A DNA stretch of 64,000 nt from Laetmonice hystrix (lineage: Eukaryota): positions 29,884,001 to 29,948,000 of the forward strand of contig OZ249444.1 in NCBI GenBank assembly GCA_965235115.1, read 5' to 3'. The notes below the pieces were generated by a model. The model had not been told where the DNA came from. It did no database searches and saw only the letters and a list, made by a program, of their open reading frames with translations. A program made the position numbers and the translations under genes. Below, in pieces: positions 38,240-51,767 of the stretch (position 1 is the first letter of the stretch; every line of letters starts with the position of its first letter).

Positions 38240-39505
38240 TGAGACAGTAGACCCTCCAGACCAGCCGTGTATTGAGAGAGGGGCCGTCAAGACTAGTATA
38301 ATGGTTTGGACTCTCCAGACCAGTGTATTAATACCATGCCCCGGTACTGGAAACAGTAGACCCCCCAGACCAGTGTATTGAGACCATGCCCCGGTACTGG
38401 AGACAGTAGACCCCCCCCCCCCACCAGTGTATTGAGACCATGCCCCGGTACTGGAGACAGTAGACCCCCCCCCCCCCGACCAGTGTATTGAGACCATGCC
38501 CCGGTACTGGAGACAGTAGACCCTCCAGACCAGTGTATTGAGACCATGCCCCGGTACTGTAGACAGTAGACCCCCCCCCCCCCTCCCAGACCACTGTATT
38601 GAGACCAGGTACCGGTATTGGCGACAGTGGACCGTCCAGACCAGCCAGCAGGGCCCGCCCCTCAGGCTGAGACAGTGGACCTCCAGACCACTGTACTGAG
38701 ACCAGGTACCGGTATTGGCGACAGTGGACCGTCCAGACCAGCCAGCAGGGCCCGCCCCTCAGGCTGAGACAGTGGACCTCCAGACCACTGTATTGAGACC
38801 AGGTACCAGTATTGGCGACAGTGGACCGTCCAGACCAGCCAGCAGGGCCCGCCCCTCAGGCTGATACAGTGGACTGTCCAAACCACTCTATTGAGACCAG
38901 GTGCCGGTATTGGCGACAGTGGACCGTCCAGACCAGCCAGCAGGGCCCGCCCCCTCAGGCTGAGACAGTGGACCGTCCAGAGCACTGTACTGAGACCAGG
39001 TACCGGTATTGGACACAGTGGACCGTCCAGACCAGCCAGCAGGGCCCGCCCCCTCAGGCTGAGACAGTGGACGTCCAGACCACTGTATTGAGACCAGGTA
39101 CCGGTATTGCAGACAGTGGACCGTCCAGACCAGCCAGCAGGGCCCGCCCCCTCAGGCTGAGACAGTGGACCGTCCAGACCACTGTATTGAGACCAGGTAC
39201 CAGTATTGGAGACAGTGGACCGTCCAGACCACTGTATTGAGACCAGGTACCGGTATTGGCGACAGTGGACCGTCCAGACCAGCCAGCAGGGCCCGCCCCC
39301 TCAGGCTGAGACAGTGGACGTCCAGACCACTGTATTGAGACCAGGTACCGGTATTGGCGACAGTGGACCGTCCAGACCAGCCAGCAGGGCCCGCCCCCTC
39401 AGGCTGAGACAGTGGACCGTCCAGAGCACTGTATTGAGACCAGGTACCAGTATTGGCGACAGTGGACCGTCCAGACCAGCCAGCAGGGCCCGCCCCCTCA
39501 GGCTC
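38240..39505. repeat. Compound minisatellite: about 50-60-bp units with variable C-runs (38300-38600), then about 97-99-bp units (38588-39505)
   Basis: Shared core GTATTGAGAC...AGTGGACCGTCCAGACCA. AGACCACTGT recurs at 38588 and 38685. Confidence 0.93.
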
Positions 39506-41267
39506 CGCTTCCTTCCATCATTTATGAAGATGCTGTGAACCAAGCACAGAACGCTGACCGCCACCAAACTAATTACGGGACTAATTCCGACGGCATGTAA
39601 TTGGCTAAAGGCAATTCTGTCGGACAGCGGCACTGGATGATAATATAGAGATTAGTCCACGGCCAGCCTGGTCCGAGGCGCCATTCCCGGGACTCGAGGC
39701 TTACATTATGACTTCAGCCGCCATGAACAATAGGATTATGTCATCACTACAGGCGCTGCAGATTCACTTAATGTCAAATTCACTTGAATGGTCTCTGCCT
39801 GACCATCACCATTCACGTTATGATAAACTAGTCCGTGTGAAATACTCGGTTTAGGCGACGGCTTGGTGCAATTGGTCGTGGCAATTATACAGATTCTCGA
39901 TTCTGAAATGAAGTGAAGAAATGAACTTCATGGTTCTTGTGACTAGAATTTCAATTGCAAACGTTCTTGGAATAAAACTTGTTTATCTTTGTATGATAAT
40001 TTTAGCTTGTTGCAGTCTTGCATTTTACAAATGCTTGGGTATAATTAGCATACCATTGGGTATGTTATTATTTAAACCGTTACTACATTCATAAAATTTA
40101 AAATTATAAACCCAAAGAATGGAAGTTGCCCTGGATCATGAAGGGTCCAGGCACAATAGGTACCTTGTCACTCCAACAAATCCGTTGTCCGCAGCATTGA
40201 GAGGAACTTTAAAAACAATGTCATCCGAACAGGCCAGCATCACCTCTAGCAGTGTATACAGCTAGCCTACAGCACGCCGCTCATTCTAACAGCACCTATG
40301 CAAGGATATTGTACACTGTAGGTGGAGAATGGCACATGGCACATGGCACATGGCGCAATGGCCACTCTGATATCAGACCATGGTCTCCAGCTCCAATTGA
40401 CCGGCCTAAAGCGAAGAGCGCGGAGCGCGGAAAAAATGTCGCAGCAAGGTGAAAGAGAAAGCAATATGTTTGGGGACGACGACCACAGGCTGGCTGCTGG
40501 AGGCGACCTCTAGTGGCCGTGTGCGGGACCTAGGAGGATATATTTACTGGAGCAACAGTTGGGATAGAGGTGGGAGTTTGTGGCTGAGTCTGCCACCATT
40601 CTACACGGCACTAGTAATGGAAGTGGGCGGCACCCCGGGCTGCTCCCCACGACAGGGGTGTTTATGTAATCATCCGGCCACCCTATGTTAATGTTAGCAA
40701 TTAATTTACCAGGAATGTGAAAATATGTCTGTCGATTCCTGAAGGGGAGATTGGAGGAGAGAAAAGAAGAGGAAATAGAGAGAGACAGACACAGAGATAG
40801 AGACAGAGAGAGACAGAGATAGAGACAGAGAGAGAAAGGACACAAACTGACATAATGTAGGTATAAGCAGGCCGAGAGAGGCTGGAATTATAAAGGGCCT
40901 AGAATTAGCCAGCACAAAGACTGCAATCCATCAAATATCCAGAGGGCAGGTCATGAGCGGACTATACGCCATTCACAGTCTGCTGGCGACGGCTTTCTGA
41001 TAGCAGTATGCTTTCACAAGTGAGATTGGATAGCCAAGACGGACTGGGGTCGCCTGATGAAACTTGCCCTCGTAGATTAGCACTTCCATTTCTACAAGCA
41101 CCTGGTCCTTCGCTTCATCTCTTCTCACATATATGTATACGCCTATCTGAGCCTCAACTCGCAAACTGCCAAACAAGGATTCTTTATCATTGATACTGTT
41201 ATGGTTTTAAGTAAATTATGTTGTAGGAATCGGATAAATGGGATGGATATGAGACAGTAAACTAATA

Positions 41268-42004
41268 AAGTAAAACAGACAAGGCTTAAACAGCTGCCAT
41301 CGCGGAATCAGCTGCTATCGCATAGACAGCTGACATCGTTAAAAAGCCGAGGTCACTTAAACAGCTGTCATCGCATAAACAACTGAGATCTTTCACCCAT
41401 TGCTGCAAGTTGTCTGCTCACTATACTGTGGTATTTCAACTGAAACCACTCGTTCTACATCAGTCAGCATGGACCGGGCTGGGTTCTGTGAGGCTTGAGA
41501 GAATATGTCATTATGTTGAAGCAATATTAAAAAAATATTTTAAATGATAGAATATCTCAGGGATTACAACAAAAACGAGATAGTAGCCTACCGAGCTGCA
41601 CCATAAAAACACTTAACTGTATGTCTATTGAGAATAAAATGGCGTGGTAAAAACAAGTGAATGTTTTCTTTATGTTTCATCATTGCCTGTTTGGATTGTC
41701 ATGAGGCACTACCTGTTGTCATTATATATAGCAGCATAATCCAGAACGGCCGTGTATAACGACTTAAAAATGCGCATCACCCATTGTAATTGAGGAGGAG
41801 AATTCCTGAATGACGTAATTCGTACAACAGTCAGGAGATTTTCAATCGTATTTTAAGACACTTTATGTGATTTTTGTTGTTTTGAAGGGAGAATATTGCG
41901 ATATCGCGGGCCAGTGTGACCTCGGCTATTTAACGATGTCAGCTGTCTATGCGATGGCAGCTCATTCCGCAATGGCAGCTGTTTAAGCCTTGTCTGTTTT
42001 ACTT
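41268..42004. mobile_element. TA-flanked non-autonomous DNA transposon (about 740 bp) with about 89-bp TIRs
   Basis: TA|AAGTAAAACAGACAAGGCTTAAACAGCTG...GAGGTCAC (41268-41356) mirrors GTGACCTC...CAGCTGTTTAAGCCTTGTCTGTTTTACTT|TA (41916-42004). The TIRs contain repeated CAGCTG motifs. Confidence 0.85.
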
Positions 42005-43149
42005 TATGAGTAAATTTACAGAGATAAGGATTCAGGTTGTTTATTGATTGATTGATTTATGTACGTATACATTTACGTACACATGAAGTATTCATTTATT
42101 TATTATTAGTTCCTTTATTTTATGTGTGTTTATAATGTGTATAGAAGGCGCTATCTCAGTCGTCGTAAATCGTATGCCTCTTGAAACAAAGACAGGTTTG
42201 GTAACTATCCAAGGCAAATATGCTGCGTGTATCCACTTAAAATATATTCCTTTCTTTACGCAGTATTCAGATAAAATATTGCTTACTGACGTTTAATGCT
42301 ACCAGTGTTTTTTCTGACTAGAAATACAATGAATATTATGAATATGCATATCAATAGATAACATACATAGATTTCTATGCAAATACTCTCTTCCAACACC
42401 ATAAAATGTTAGACGTTCCAACAACGTTATAACGTTACAGGTAAAGCTTTTTGTATTTCATGCAAATAAATTAATATGTTAAAATTCCCAACAGAGAATT
42501 CGTTCTCTGCTGTTTTACTTGAGAGGTTAAGACCTTTTGAATATGTTCATCCCCCGGCAACAGTTTGACACCATTACAGTCAGTATAATTGATATGTTTA
42601 TACAAGATCTGGGGAAGTTATCTAACAAAATGCCACTCAGTTGTGCATGGTAAGACGTGTGACATTTCTAGCTTTGCCTTGGATTAGTGTAGGTTAACAT
42701 GAAGTTTCACAAGACTGTACGCATGTATGAGAGGACCTTTCCTAGTGTCTGTCTTTTTGAGAACCGAGTCAGACCGTCGGTCTAGTCTCGGTAATGAATG
42801 CCATTTACCGGGTTACGGTCCACGGTCTGAAAACACAAGTCCTGGAAAATCTTGCCTCTCAAAACGTTTCTTGTCATCTGCATTCAATACATGTTCGTGG
42901 TCAGGAACAAACCTGACCAGGCAAATGCCCTGCCGGAAAAGATAGGGTTGCAGGGGGAATTGGTTGAGATGGCGAGTCCGGAGACCATGGTTGCTTGTAG
43001 ATGTTGACTATGAATAGCAGTTGGATATGTGGAAGGGAGAGAGAGAGAGAGTGGCTCGTCATAACGGCGGCAGCCACATGACACAGTACATTTAGTATGC
43101 AGCCACGGGCCTCCTCCCTCCTCGGGGAATGCACAAATGATTGCTTTCT

Positions 43150-43735
43150 GCATGGGGAAACACCAGTGGTTGACTGAATGTTTAGGTGGTTCAGAGATGG
43201 CACCCACAGATATAGCCAAGATACAGACATGGGGAAATAGATGGCACCCACAGATATAGCCAAGATACAGACATGGGGAAACACCAGTGGTTGACTGAAC
43301 GTTCAGGTGATTCAGAGATGGCACCCACAGATATAGCCAAGATACAGACAGGGGGAAACACCAGTGGTTGACTGAACGTTCAGGTGATTCAGAGATGGCA
43401 CCCACAGATATAGCCAAGATACAGACATGGGGAAACACCAGTGGTTGACTGAATGTTTAGGTGATTCAGCGATGGCACCCACAGATATAGCCAAGATACA
43501 GACATGGGGAAACACCAGTGGTTGACTGAATGTTCAGGTGATTCAGCGATGGCACCCACAGATATAGCCAAGATACAGACATGGGGAAACACCAGTGGTT
43601 GACTGAATGTTCAGGTGATTCAGAGATGGCACCCACAGATATAGCCAAGATACAGACATGGGGAAACACCAGTGGTTGACTGAATGTTCAGGTGATTCAG
43701 AGATGGCACCCACAGATATAGCCAAGATACAGACA
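43150..43735. repeat. Minisatellite, 77-bp unit, about 7 copies
   Basis: Unit CATGGGGAAACACCAGTGGTTGACTGAATGTTCAGGTGATTCAGAGATGGCACCCACAGATATAGCCAAGATACAGA. ORF starts in the track step by 77. Confidence 0.96.
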
Positions 43736-43749
43736 TGGCTGTTCTCTGC

Positions 43750-43945
43750 ATCCACTAAGGCGATTGTCCTAGTGACGATCATACCATTGTTGATTTATAA
43801 CGGTGGAATTTCACTCTGTAATTTGTCCTGGCTGGCCTTCCCTGTTTCTGGAAATGGGTTCCATCCTTTAATCTCAAAATCACAGTAAAATAAAAGAGTG
43901 ATGTCAAAATGGCATGGACGTCACAAGGGCAATCGCCTTGGTGGA
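43750..43945 (+). mobile_element. AAGGCGATT MITE-like family, copy 2
   Basis: TCCACTAAGGCGATTGTCC...GGGCAATCGCCTTGGTGGA. The body matches the reverse complement of the 58925-59115 core. Confidence 0.8.
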
Positions 43946-45214
43946 GACACCTTCTTACTCCCAACCGTTAGATCGGGATTCTGCCTGACTCTGTAGTGTC
44001 ATTTATTATCGTAGTGATCATCATTAACATCATTCCACTCCTTTGTTGTCACCGCCAGCACATCATGGTCATCATCATCACCATCATCATCATCATTTCA
44101 TCCCTCGCACCCAAACTTCTTGTGCACTGTTAATTAGTATGCTAATACGATTGATGTGCCCTTAAAAATTAACATTGAATTCGGACAGATTCGTTGCATT
44201 TAAACCCTGATAGTAAAGGCTTTTAAATGCTTGTCCAACTGTGGAATTTCATGAATACTTGATGGTCTGAATGAAAGCCACGCATCGGGAAGATACGGCT
44301 GTGAGATGGTCACATAATTTTACTTCAACTACATTACTACATACTCTTTTATTGGGTTTCTTTAGATATGTATTTATTCTCTTTTCGTTCTAAGACAGTG
44401 GCACGTCCATAAATCGGCTCTAAGGGCAGACTTGAGTAGATTTGCCGTGGGTATTGAAATGACCATGGATTTACAAGTAAAGACAGCTGCGTGTCTGTGA
44501 TGTTTTGACGAGGAAGGTCTCCGTGACAGAATCCTGTTGTCAGAGAAAGGAATCCCAAGAAGCGCGTGATGTAGGTGTGAAGACATATGTTTTGAAGACA
44601 TATGACCGTCCTTGATGTGCTGATGGAGACGGGGACGCCGTGACGTGACGCAGACGGTGTGTCGCGCAGTCACAGACGCAGGTTTGCCTCATTACGACCA
44701 CCTTTGATTAAGCTGACGACTAAAGGGGCCCGGCCTGTTCCCGGCGCCTGCTGTAGCAGCAGCTGCCGTTGCGGTAAAAGCGCCTGACTTGTAATTATGA
44801 GTAGTCAGAGACGTTCTTCTGACTGTCATTAGTCTCTACATGTGGGTGAGGGATGGGAGATGGCCATTATCAGGGTAGCGCAGACGAAGCATGTTTGAGG
44901 AAGACAAAATCACAGGTGTTGCGTTGGCGTCTGAGGCGGCCATTGGTGAAGTCACTTGAGAACGTGGAGTCTTCGACCCGTTGATGGTTGCCATAGTATC
45001 ATGATAACATCGACCAGAGACAATGGCCCGGTCCAAATGGGACAACTGATGGCACGACGCGTTTACATGTGGCTATAACTCAGCCTAGATACGAATGGCT
45101 TCCAACACCAAATCTCAATACAAATACTTCTACCTTCTTCGCCTAAAATATTCCAGCTAAAAACATTTATTGAAGATCATCGTAATAAATATAGTGTACA
45201 TATAAAATAAGGTG

Positions 45215-46318
45215 TGTGATGTGGGTAAGGGGCCCTGGCAGTGTTCAGTAGATTTACATGTGTACACATGGTGTAGATATGTGGGTGAGGAGCCCTGGCA
45301 GTGTTCAGTAGATTTACATGTGTACACATGGTGTAATATAGATTTACATGTGTACACGTGGTGTAGATATGTGGGTGAGGAGCCCTGGCAGTGTTCAGTA
45401 GATTTACATGTGTACACATGGTGTAATATAGATTTACATGTGTACACGTGGTGTAGATATGTGGGTGAGGGGCCCTGGCAGTGTTCAGTAGATTTACATG
45501 TGTACCTGTGGTGTAGATATGTGGGTGAGGGGCCCTGGCAGTGTTCAGTAGATTTACATGTGTACACGTGGTGTAGATATGTGGGTGACGGGCCCTGGCA
45601 GTGTTCAGTAGATCTACATGTGTACACGTGGTGTAGATATGTGGGTGAGGAGCCCTGGCAGTGTTCAGTAGATTTACATGTGTACACGTGGTGTAGATAT
45701 GTGGGTGAGGGGCCATGGCATTGTTCAGTAGATTTACATGTGTACCTGTGGTGTAGATATGTGGGTGACAGGCCCTGGCAGTGTTCAGTAGATCTACATG
45801 TGTACCTGTGGTGTAGATATGTGGGTGACGGGCCCTGGCAGTGTTCAGTAGATCTACATGTGTACACGTGGTGTAGATATGTGGGTGACGGGCCCTGGCA
45901 GTGTTCAGTAGATCTACATGTGTACCTGTGGTGTAGATATGTGGGTGAGGGGCCATGGCAGTGTTCAGTAGATTTACATGTGTACCTGTGGTGTAGATAT
46001 GTGGGTGACGGGCCCTGGCAGTGTTCAGTAGATCTACATGTGTACACGTGGTGTAGATATGTGGGTGACGGGCCCTGGCAGTGTTCAGTAGATTTACATG
46101 TGTACACGTGGTGTAGATATGTGGGTGACGGGCCCTGGCAGTGTTCAGTAGATTTACATGTGTACACGTGGTGTAGATATGTGGGTGGGGGGCCCTAGCA
46201 GTGTTCAGTAGATCTACATGTGTACACGTGGTGTAGATATGTGGGTGAGGTGCCCTGGCAGTGTTTAGTAGATTTACATGTGTACTTGTGGTGTAGATAT
46301 GTGGGTGAGGGGCCCTGG
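45215..46318. repeat. Minisatellite, 60-bp unit, about 18 copies
   Basis: Unit GTGTTCAGTAGATTTACATGTGTACACGTGGTGTAGATATGTGGGTGACGGGCCCTGGCA. Confidence 0.97.
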
Positions 46319-46987
46319 AAACCGTGTGAGTTTTATATTGTCGTTTGTCGAGGCAGCAGAGAGACGGCGATCTCAGAGCCCCATGCCGAAGACAACCCAA
46401 TATACAATCATCAAAAACTGCCCAGGCAGATTTACATATACAATTCGGAATTCCAAATGCACGAGATTAGGCCACTTACAATGGGGGTTGTATTTTAGAT
46501 GTGGTAGGATGGCGGGCGTCAGAAGAATTGATGAAGAGGAGTATTTTAACCAAATGTGTACCAGATAGATGAGCCCCATCCGACCTGGGATGGGCGACAG
46601 GGAATTAATTGCCTCCTGCACGCTGGCCACTATGATAAAGGGCGATCGTGAGTAGTACATGGCAAGAGGGATTTGTCACGGGAGATGATCCATGGAGGAC
46701 CTGGTACTCCGAGGGGTTGGACTGCATGGTGGTCAGACCACAATATCTGCACGCTGGCATTCAAACAAAGGGTAATAATAATAATCGGGCGTTTCAAGAA
46801 ACCGGCCGTTATTTACTCATATACGAGGTCATTGATGTCGGACAGAGAGCTCAGAGTTACTAGGTCGTGAGTTTTTCCGCGAACTTGTGATGAATATGAG
46901 TCAGACTTCTGTGTTATTCTTGGGATGAGAAGATTGAGTCGCCGCATTAAACACGAAGATCCTCGGGGAAATTACCTCAAGTTCGCG

Positions 46988-49900
46988 GTAACCATGGCGG
47001 TAACAATGGCGCTGAGCGTGTCACAGACCGTCACCATGACGGTAACCATGGCGCTGAGCGTCCCACAGACCAGGACATGGTGGGACGGTAACCATGGCGC
47101 TGAGCGTGTCACAGACCAGGACATGGTGGGACGGTAACCATGGCGCTGAGCGTGTCACAGACCAGGACATGGTGGGACGGTAACCATGGCGCTATGCGTC
47201 CCACAGACCAGGACATGGTGGGACGGTAACCATGGCGCTGAGCGTGTCACAGACCAGGACATGGTGGGACGGTAACCATGGCGCTGAGCGTGTCACAGAC
47301 CAGGACATGGTGGGACGGTAACCATGGCGCTGAGCGTGTCACAGACCAGGACATGGTGGGACGGTAACCATGGCGCTGAGCGTGCCACAGACCGGGACAT
47401 GGTGGGACGGTAACCATGGCGCTGAGCGTGTCACAGACCGTCACCATGGCGGTAACCATGGCGCTGAGCGTGCCACAGACCGTCACCATGGCGGTAACCA
47501 TGGCGCTGAGCGTGTCACAGACCGTCACCATGGCGGTAACCATGGCGCTGAGCGTGTCACAGACCGTCACCATGGCGGTAACCATGGCGCTGAGCGTGTC
47601 ACAGACCGTCACCATGGCGGTAACCATGGCGCTGAGCGTCTCACAGACCGGGACATAGTGGGACGGTAACCATGGCGCTGAGCGTGTCACAGACCAGGAC
47701 ATGGTGGGACGGTAACCATGGCGCTGAGCGTGTCACAGACCAGGACATGGTGGGACGGTAACCATGGCGCTGAGCGTGTCACAGACCAGGACATGGTGGG
47801 ACGGTAACCATGGCGCTGAGCGTGTCACAGACCAGGACATGGTGGGACGGTAACCATGGCGCTGAGCGTCCCACAGACCGGGACATGGTGGGACGGTAAC
47901 CATGGCGCTGAGCGTGTCACAGACCAGGACATGGTGGGACGGTAACCATGGCGCTGAGCGTGTCACAGACCAGGACATGGTGGGACGGTAACCATGGCGC
48001 TGAGCGTGTCACAGACCGGGACATGGTGGGACGGTAACCATGGCGCTGAGCGTGCCACAGACCGGGACATGGTGGGACGGTAACCATGGCGCTGAGCGTC
48101 CCACAGACCGGGACATGGTGGGACGGTAACCATGGCGCTGAGCGTCCCACAGACCGGGACATGGTGGGACGGTAACCATGGCGCTGAGCGTGCCACAGAC
48201 CGGGACATGGTGGGACGGTAACCATGGCGCTGAGCGTCCCACAGACCGGGACATGGTGGGACGGTAACCATGACGCTGAGCGTGTCACAGACCGGGACAT
48301 GGTGGGACGGTAACCATGGCGCTGAGCGTGCCACAGACCGGGACATGGTGGGACGGTAACCATGGCGCTGAGCGTCCCACAGACCGGGACATGGTGGGAC
48401 GGTAACCATGGCGCTGAGCGTGCCACAGACCGGGACATGGTGGGACGGTAACCATGGCGCTGAGCGTGTCACGGACCGGGACATGGTGGGACGGTAACCA
48501 TGGCGCTGAGCGTGCCACGGACCGGGACATGGTGGGACGGTAACCATGGCGCTGAGCGTGTCACAGACCGGGACATGGTGGGACGGTAACCATGGCGCTG
48601 AGCGTGCCACAGACCAGGACATGGTGGGACGGTAACCATGGCGCTATGCGTCCCACAGACCAGGACATGGTGGGACGGTAACCATGGCGCTGAGCGTGTC
48701 ACAGACCAGGACATGGTGGGACGGTAACCATGGCGCTGAGCGTGTCACAGACCAGGACATGGTGGGACGGTAACCATGGCGCTATGCGTCCCACAGACCA
48801 GGACATGGTGGGACGGTAACCATGGCGCTGAGCGTGTCACAGACCAGGACATGGTGGGACGGTAACCATGGCGCTGAGCGTGTCACAGACCAGGACATGG
48901 TGGGACGGTAACCATGGCGCTGAGCGTGTCACAGACCAGGACATGGTGGGACGGTAACCATGGCGCTGAGCGTGCCACAGACCGGGACATGGTGGGACGG
49001 TAACCATGGCGCTGAGCGTGTCACAGACCGTCACCATGGCGGTAACCATGGCGCTGAGCGTGCCACAGACCGTCACCATGGCGGTAACCATGGCGCTGAG
49101 CGTGTCACAGACCGTCACCATGGCGGTAACCATGGCGCTGAGCGTGTCACAGACCGTCACCATGGCGGTAACCATGGCGCTGAGCGTGTCACAGACCGTC
49201 ACCATGGCGGTAACCATGGCGCTGAGCGTCTCACAGACCGGGACATAGTGGGACGGTAACCATGGCGCTGAGCGTGTCACAGACCAGGACATGGTGGGAC
49301 GGTAACCATGGCGCTGAGCGTGTCACAGACCAGGACATGGTGGGACGGTAACCATGGCGCTGAGCGTGTCACAGACCAGGACATGGTGGGACGGTAACCA
49401 TGGCGCTGAGCGTGTCACAGACCAGGACATGGTGGGACGGTAACCATGGCGCTGAGCGTCCCACAGACCGGGACATGGTGGGACGGTAACCATGGCGCTG
49501 AGCGTGTCACAGACCAGGACATGGTGGGACGGTAACCATGGCGCTGAGCGTGTCACAGACCAGGACATGGTGGGACGGTAACCATGGCGCTGAGCGTGTC
49601 ACAGACCGGGACATGGTGGGACGGTAACCATGGCGCTGAGCGTGCCACAGACCGGGACATGGTGGGACGGTAACCATGGCGCTGAGCGTCCCACAGACCG
49701 GGACATGGTGGGACGGTAACCATGGCGCTGAGCGTCCCACAGACCGGGACATGGTGGGACGGTAACCATGGCGCTGAGCGTGCCACAGACCGGGACATGG
49801 TGGGACGGTAACCATGGCGCTGAGCGTCCCACAGACCGGGACATGGTGGGACGGTAACCATGACGCTGAGCGTGTCACAGACCGGGACATGGTGGGACGG

Positions 49901-50216
49901 TAACCATGGCGCTGAGCGTGCCACAGACCGGGACATGGTGGGACGGTAACCATGGCGCTGAGCGTCCCACAGACCGGGACATGGTGGGACGGTAACCATG
50001 GCGCTGAGCGTGCCACAGACCGGGACATGGTGGGACGGTAACCATGGCGCTGAGCGTGTCACGGACCGGGACATGGTGGGACGGTAACCATGGCGCTGAG
50101 CGTGCCACGGACCGGGACATGGTGGGACGGTAACCATGGCGCTGAGCGTGTCACAGACCGGGACATGGTGGGACGGTAACCATGGCGCTGAGCGTGCCAC
50201 AGACCGTCACCATGGC
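46988..50216. repeat. Minisatellite of mixed 46-bp and 42-bp units containing a 1590-bp tandem duplication
   Basis: 46-bp unit GGTAACCATGGCGCTGAGCGTGTCACAGACCAGGACATGGTGGGAC; the 42-bp variant ends CGTCACCATGGC. Identical ORFs are offset by 1590 (47247/48837, 47370/48960, 47917/49507). Confidence 0.97.
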
Positions 50217-51767
50217 GTCCTTGTTGAGGATGACAAATTTATCGTTGGAGGAATGTTATGTCTAGTGTGAACGCGGGAATAGACATCCATGGGTATCAAT
50301 GCCAAAGTCGATAAACCCCACTTACAATACAAGTTTTTAGTACAGTAGAAAACCTTTTTTTTACATTTTCTGGGGATTTAGAATGAAAAAAAAATCAGTG
50401 ACCCCCCCCCCCACACACACACACACACGTCCAGCGCCTGCCTAACCGTACCTTGAACCAATCACAAGCCGTAATGGACGGGCCAGGTGTGGCTCGGATA
50501 CGGAGAGTGGCAGTCTTCCGGAACAATACCCCACCACCGGAAGTGATACCTCCGATAGGAGCGAGCTCGGCCCATCACCACTCGCTGCGTCCTCTAATGT
50601 AACCCCAGCCTCGTTTATCATCGTACCTAGGGCGGGTCAAATGTCTGTAGGTCGAGGCGTCTTCATTAGGATGAAGGCTGCATCCTTCCAGCCTTGATGT
50701 TTATGGACACTTGAAACGTATAGTAGGCAGGGGGAAAAAATATTCATTTCAAATGGCTATAGTGTGACTTGTATCCTCGTTTTGATGGCCTGAAGCCGAG
50801 ACGGTGTTACCATGGACACTAACAGTGGCGCCTCCTGTGGGCCGACTGATGACCTACGTGTGCCAATTTTACGTGAGGATCGAGAGTTTTAGAGTGTTAG
50901 GAGATGTGTTTAGGTCTTGAGTCCGGAACGTTAGTCACCCACAACACACAGGCGTCAGCAGATCCCCCCCTGCCATACTGGAGTTCTTTCTGTACCAACT
51001 GAGGCATTAACCAAGGAACTAACCCTGCGTTAACACGCTGTACCAACAACACGGAGGTTTGCAGTGTTATCTATGTGGTTGAGCTTAGTCTCATCTAACG
51101 TTTTCCCAGAAACTGGGAGATCTCCTAACCCCAAGCCCCAGTCCCAACACCTAGCAACAAAAGAAACCCACCCGTACCTTTAACCCTCTCCCTAACCCCG
51201 AACCTTAATATCATGGAGATGTCACTTTTAGTAAAAACTACATGATTCAAATACCAGGCAAAATAGATAACGCCGAAAATTTTGTGAATTGTTAAACTTT
51301 TGCCCCGTCCCTGTATTTCTTTGAAATTTCTTCATTTTGAAAAAAACTATTACTTTACGTTAGTTCGTTAATGAAACGAAAGGTGCCAAACGGCGTCGAA
51401 AAGACGCCTCGATTTGATCAAAGCGGAGGGATGAAAAAACATGAGAACACGAACATCTTGTGACCTTATTAAATTTGCAAGGTGATATCCCCATCTTTCT
51501 GTATGGAGTGACCATACTCTCTGACGTCACAGTTTAATAACCCGGATGTGTTTCACTGACCAGACGTATCGGATGTCGGTCATGGAGGCCAGGTGTCAGG
51601 TTAAAACATGTTACGTTTGTTTTGGTCCTGTGGCTTGATAACCTCGAGTTCTGCGGTCACGACTGGCTTTTTGGCAGTTTTGTGCTCATATAAGGAGCTA
51701 GAGCTTGGTCCTGTGGAGGCACAATCAGCAACAGGCAGCTGCTGTCTTATTTCAACAATTACTGAAA

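Noticed and set aside
45212-46198. C2H2 zinc-finger array
   Set aside because: The 20-aa period and the Cys/His spacing do not fit C-x2-4-C-x12-H-x3-5-H.
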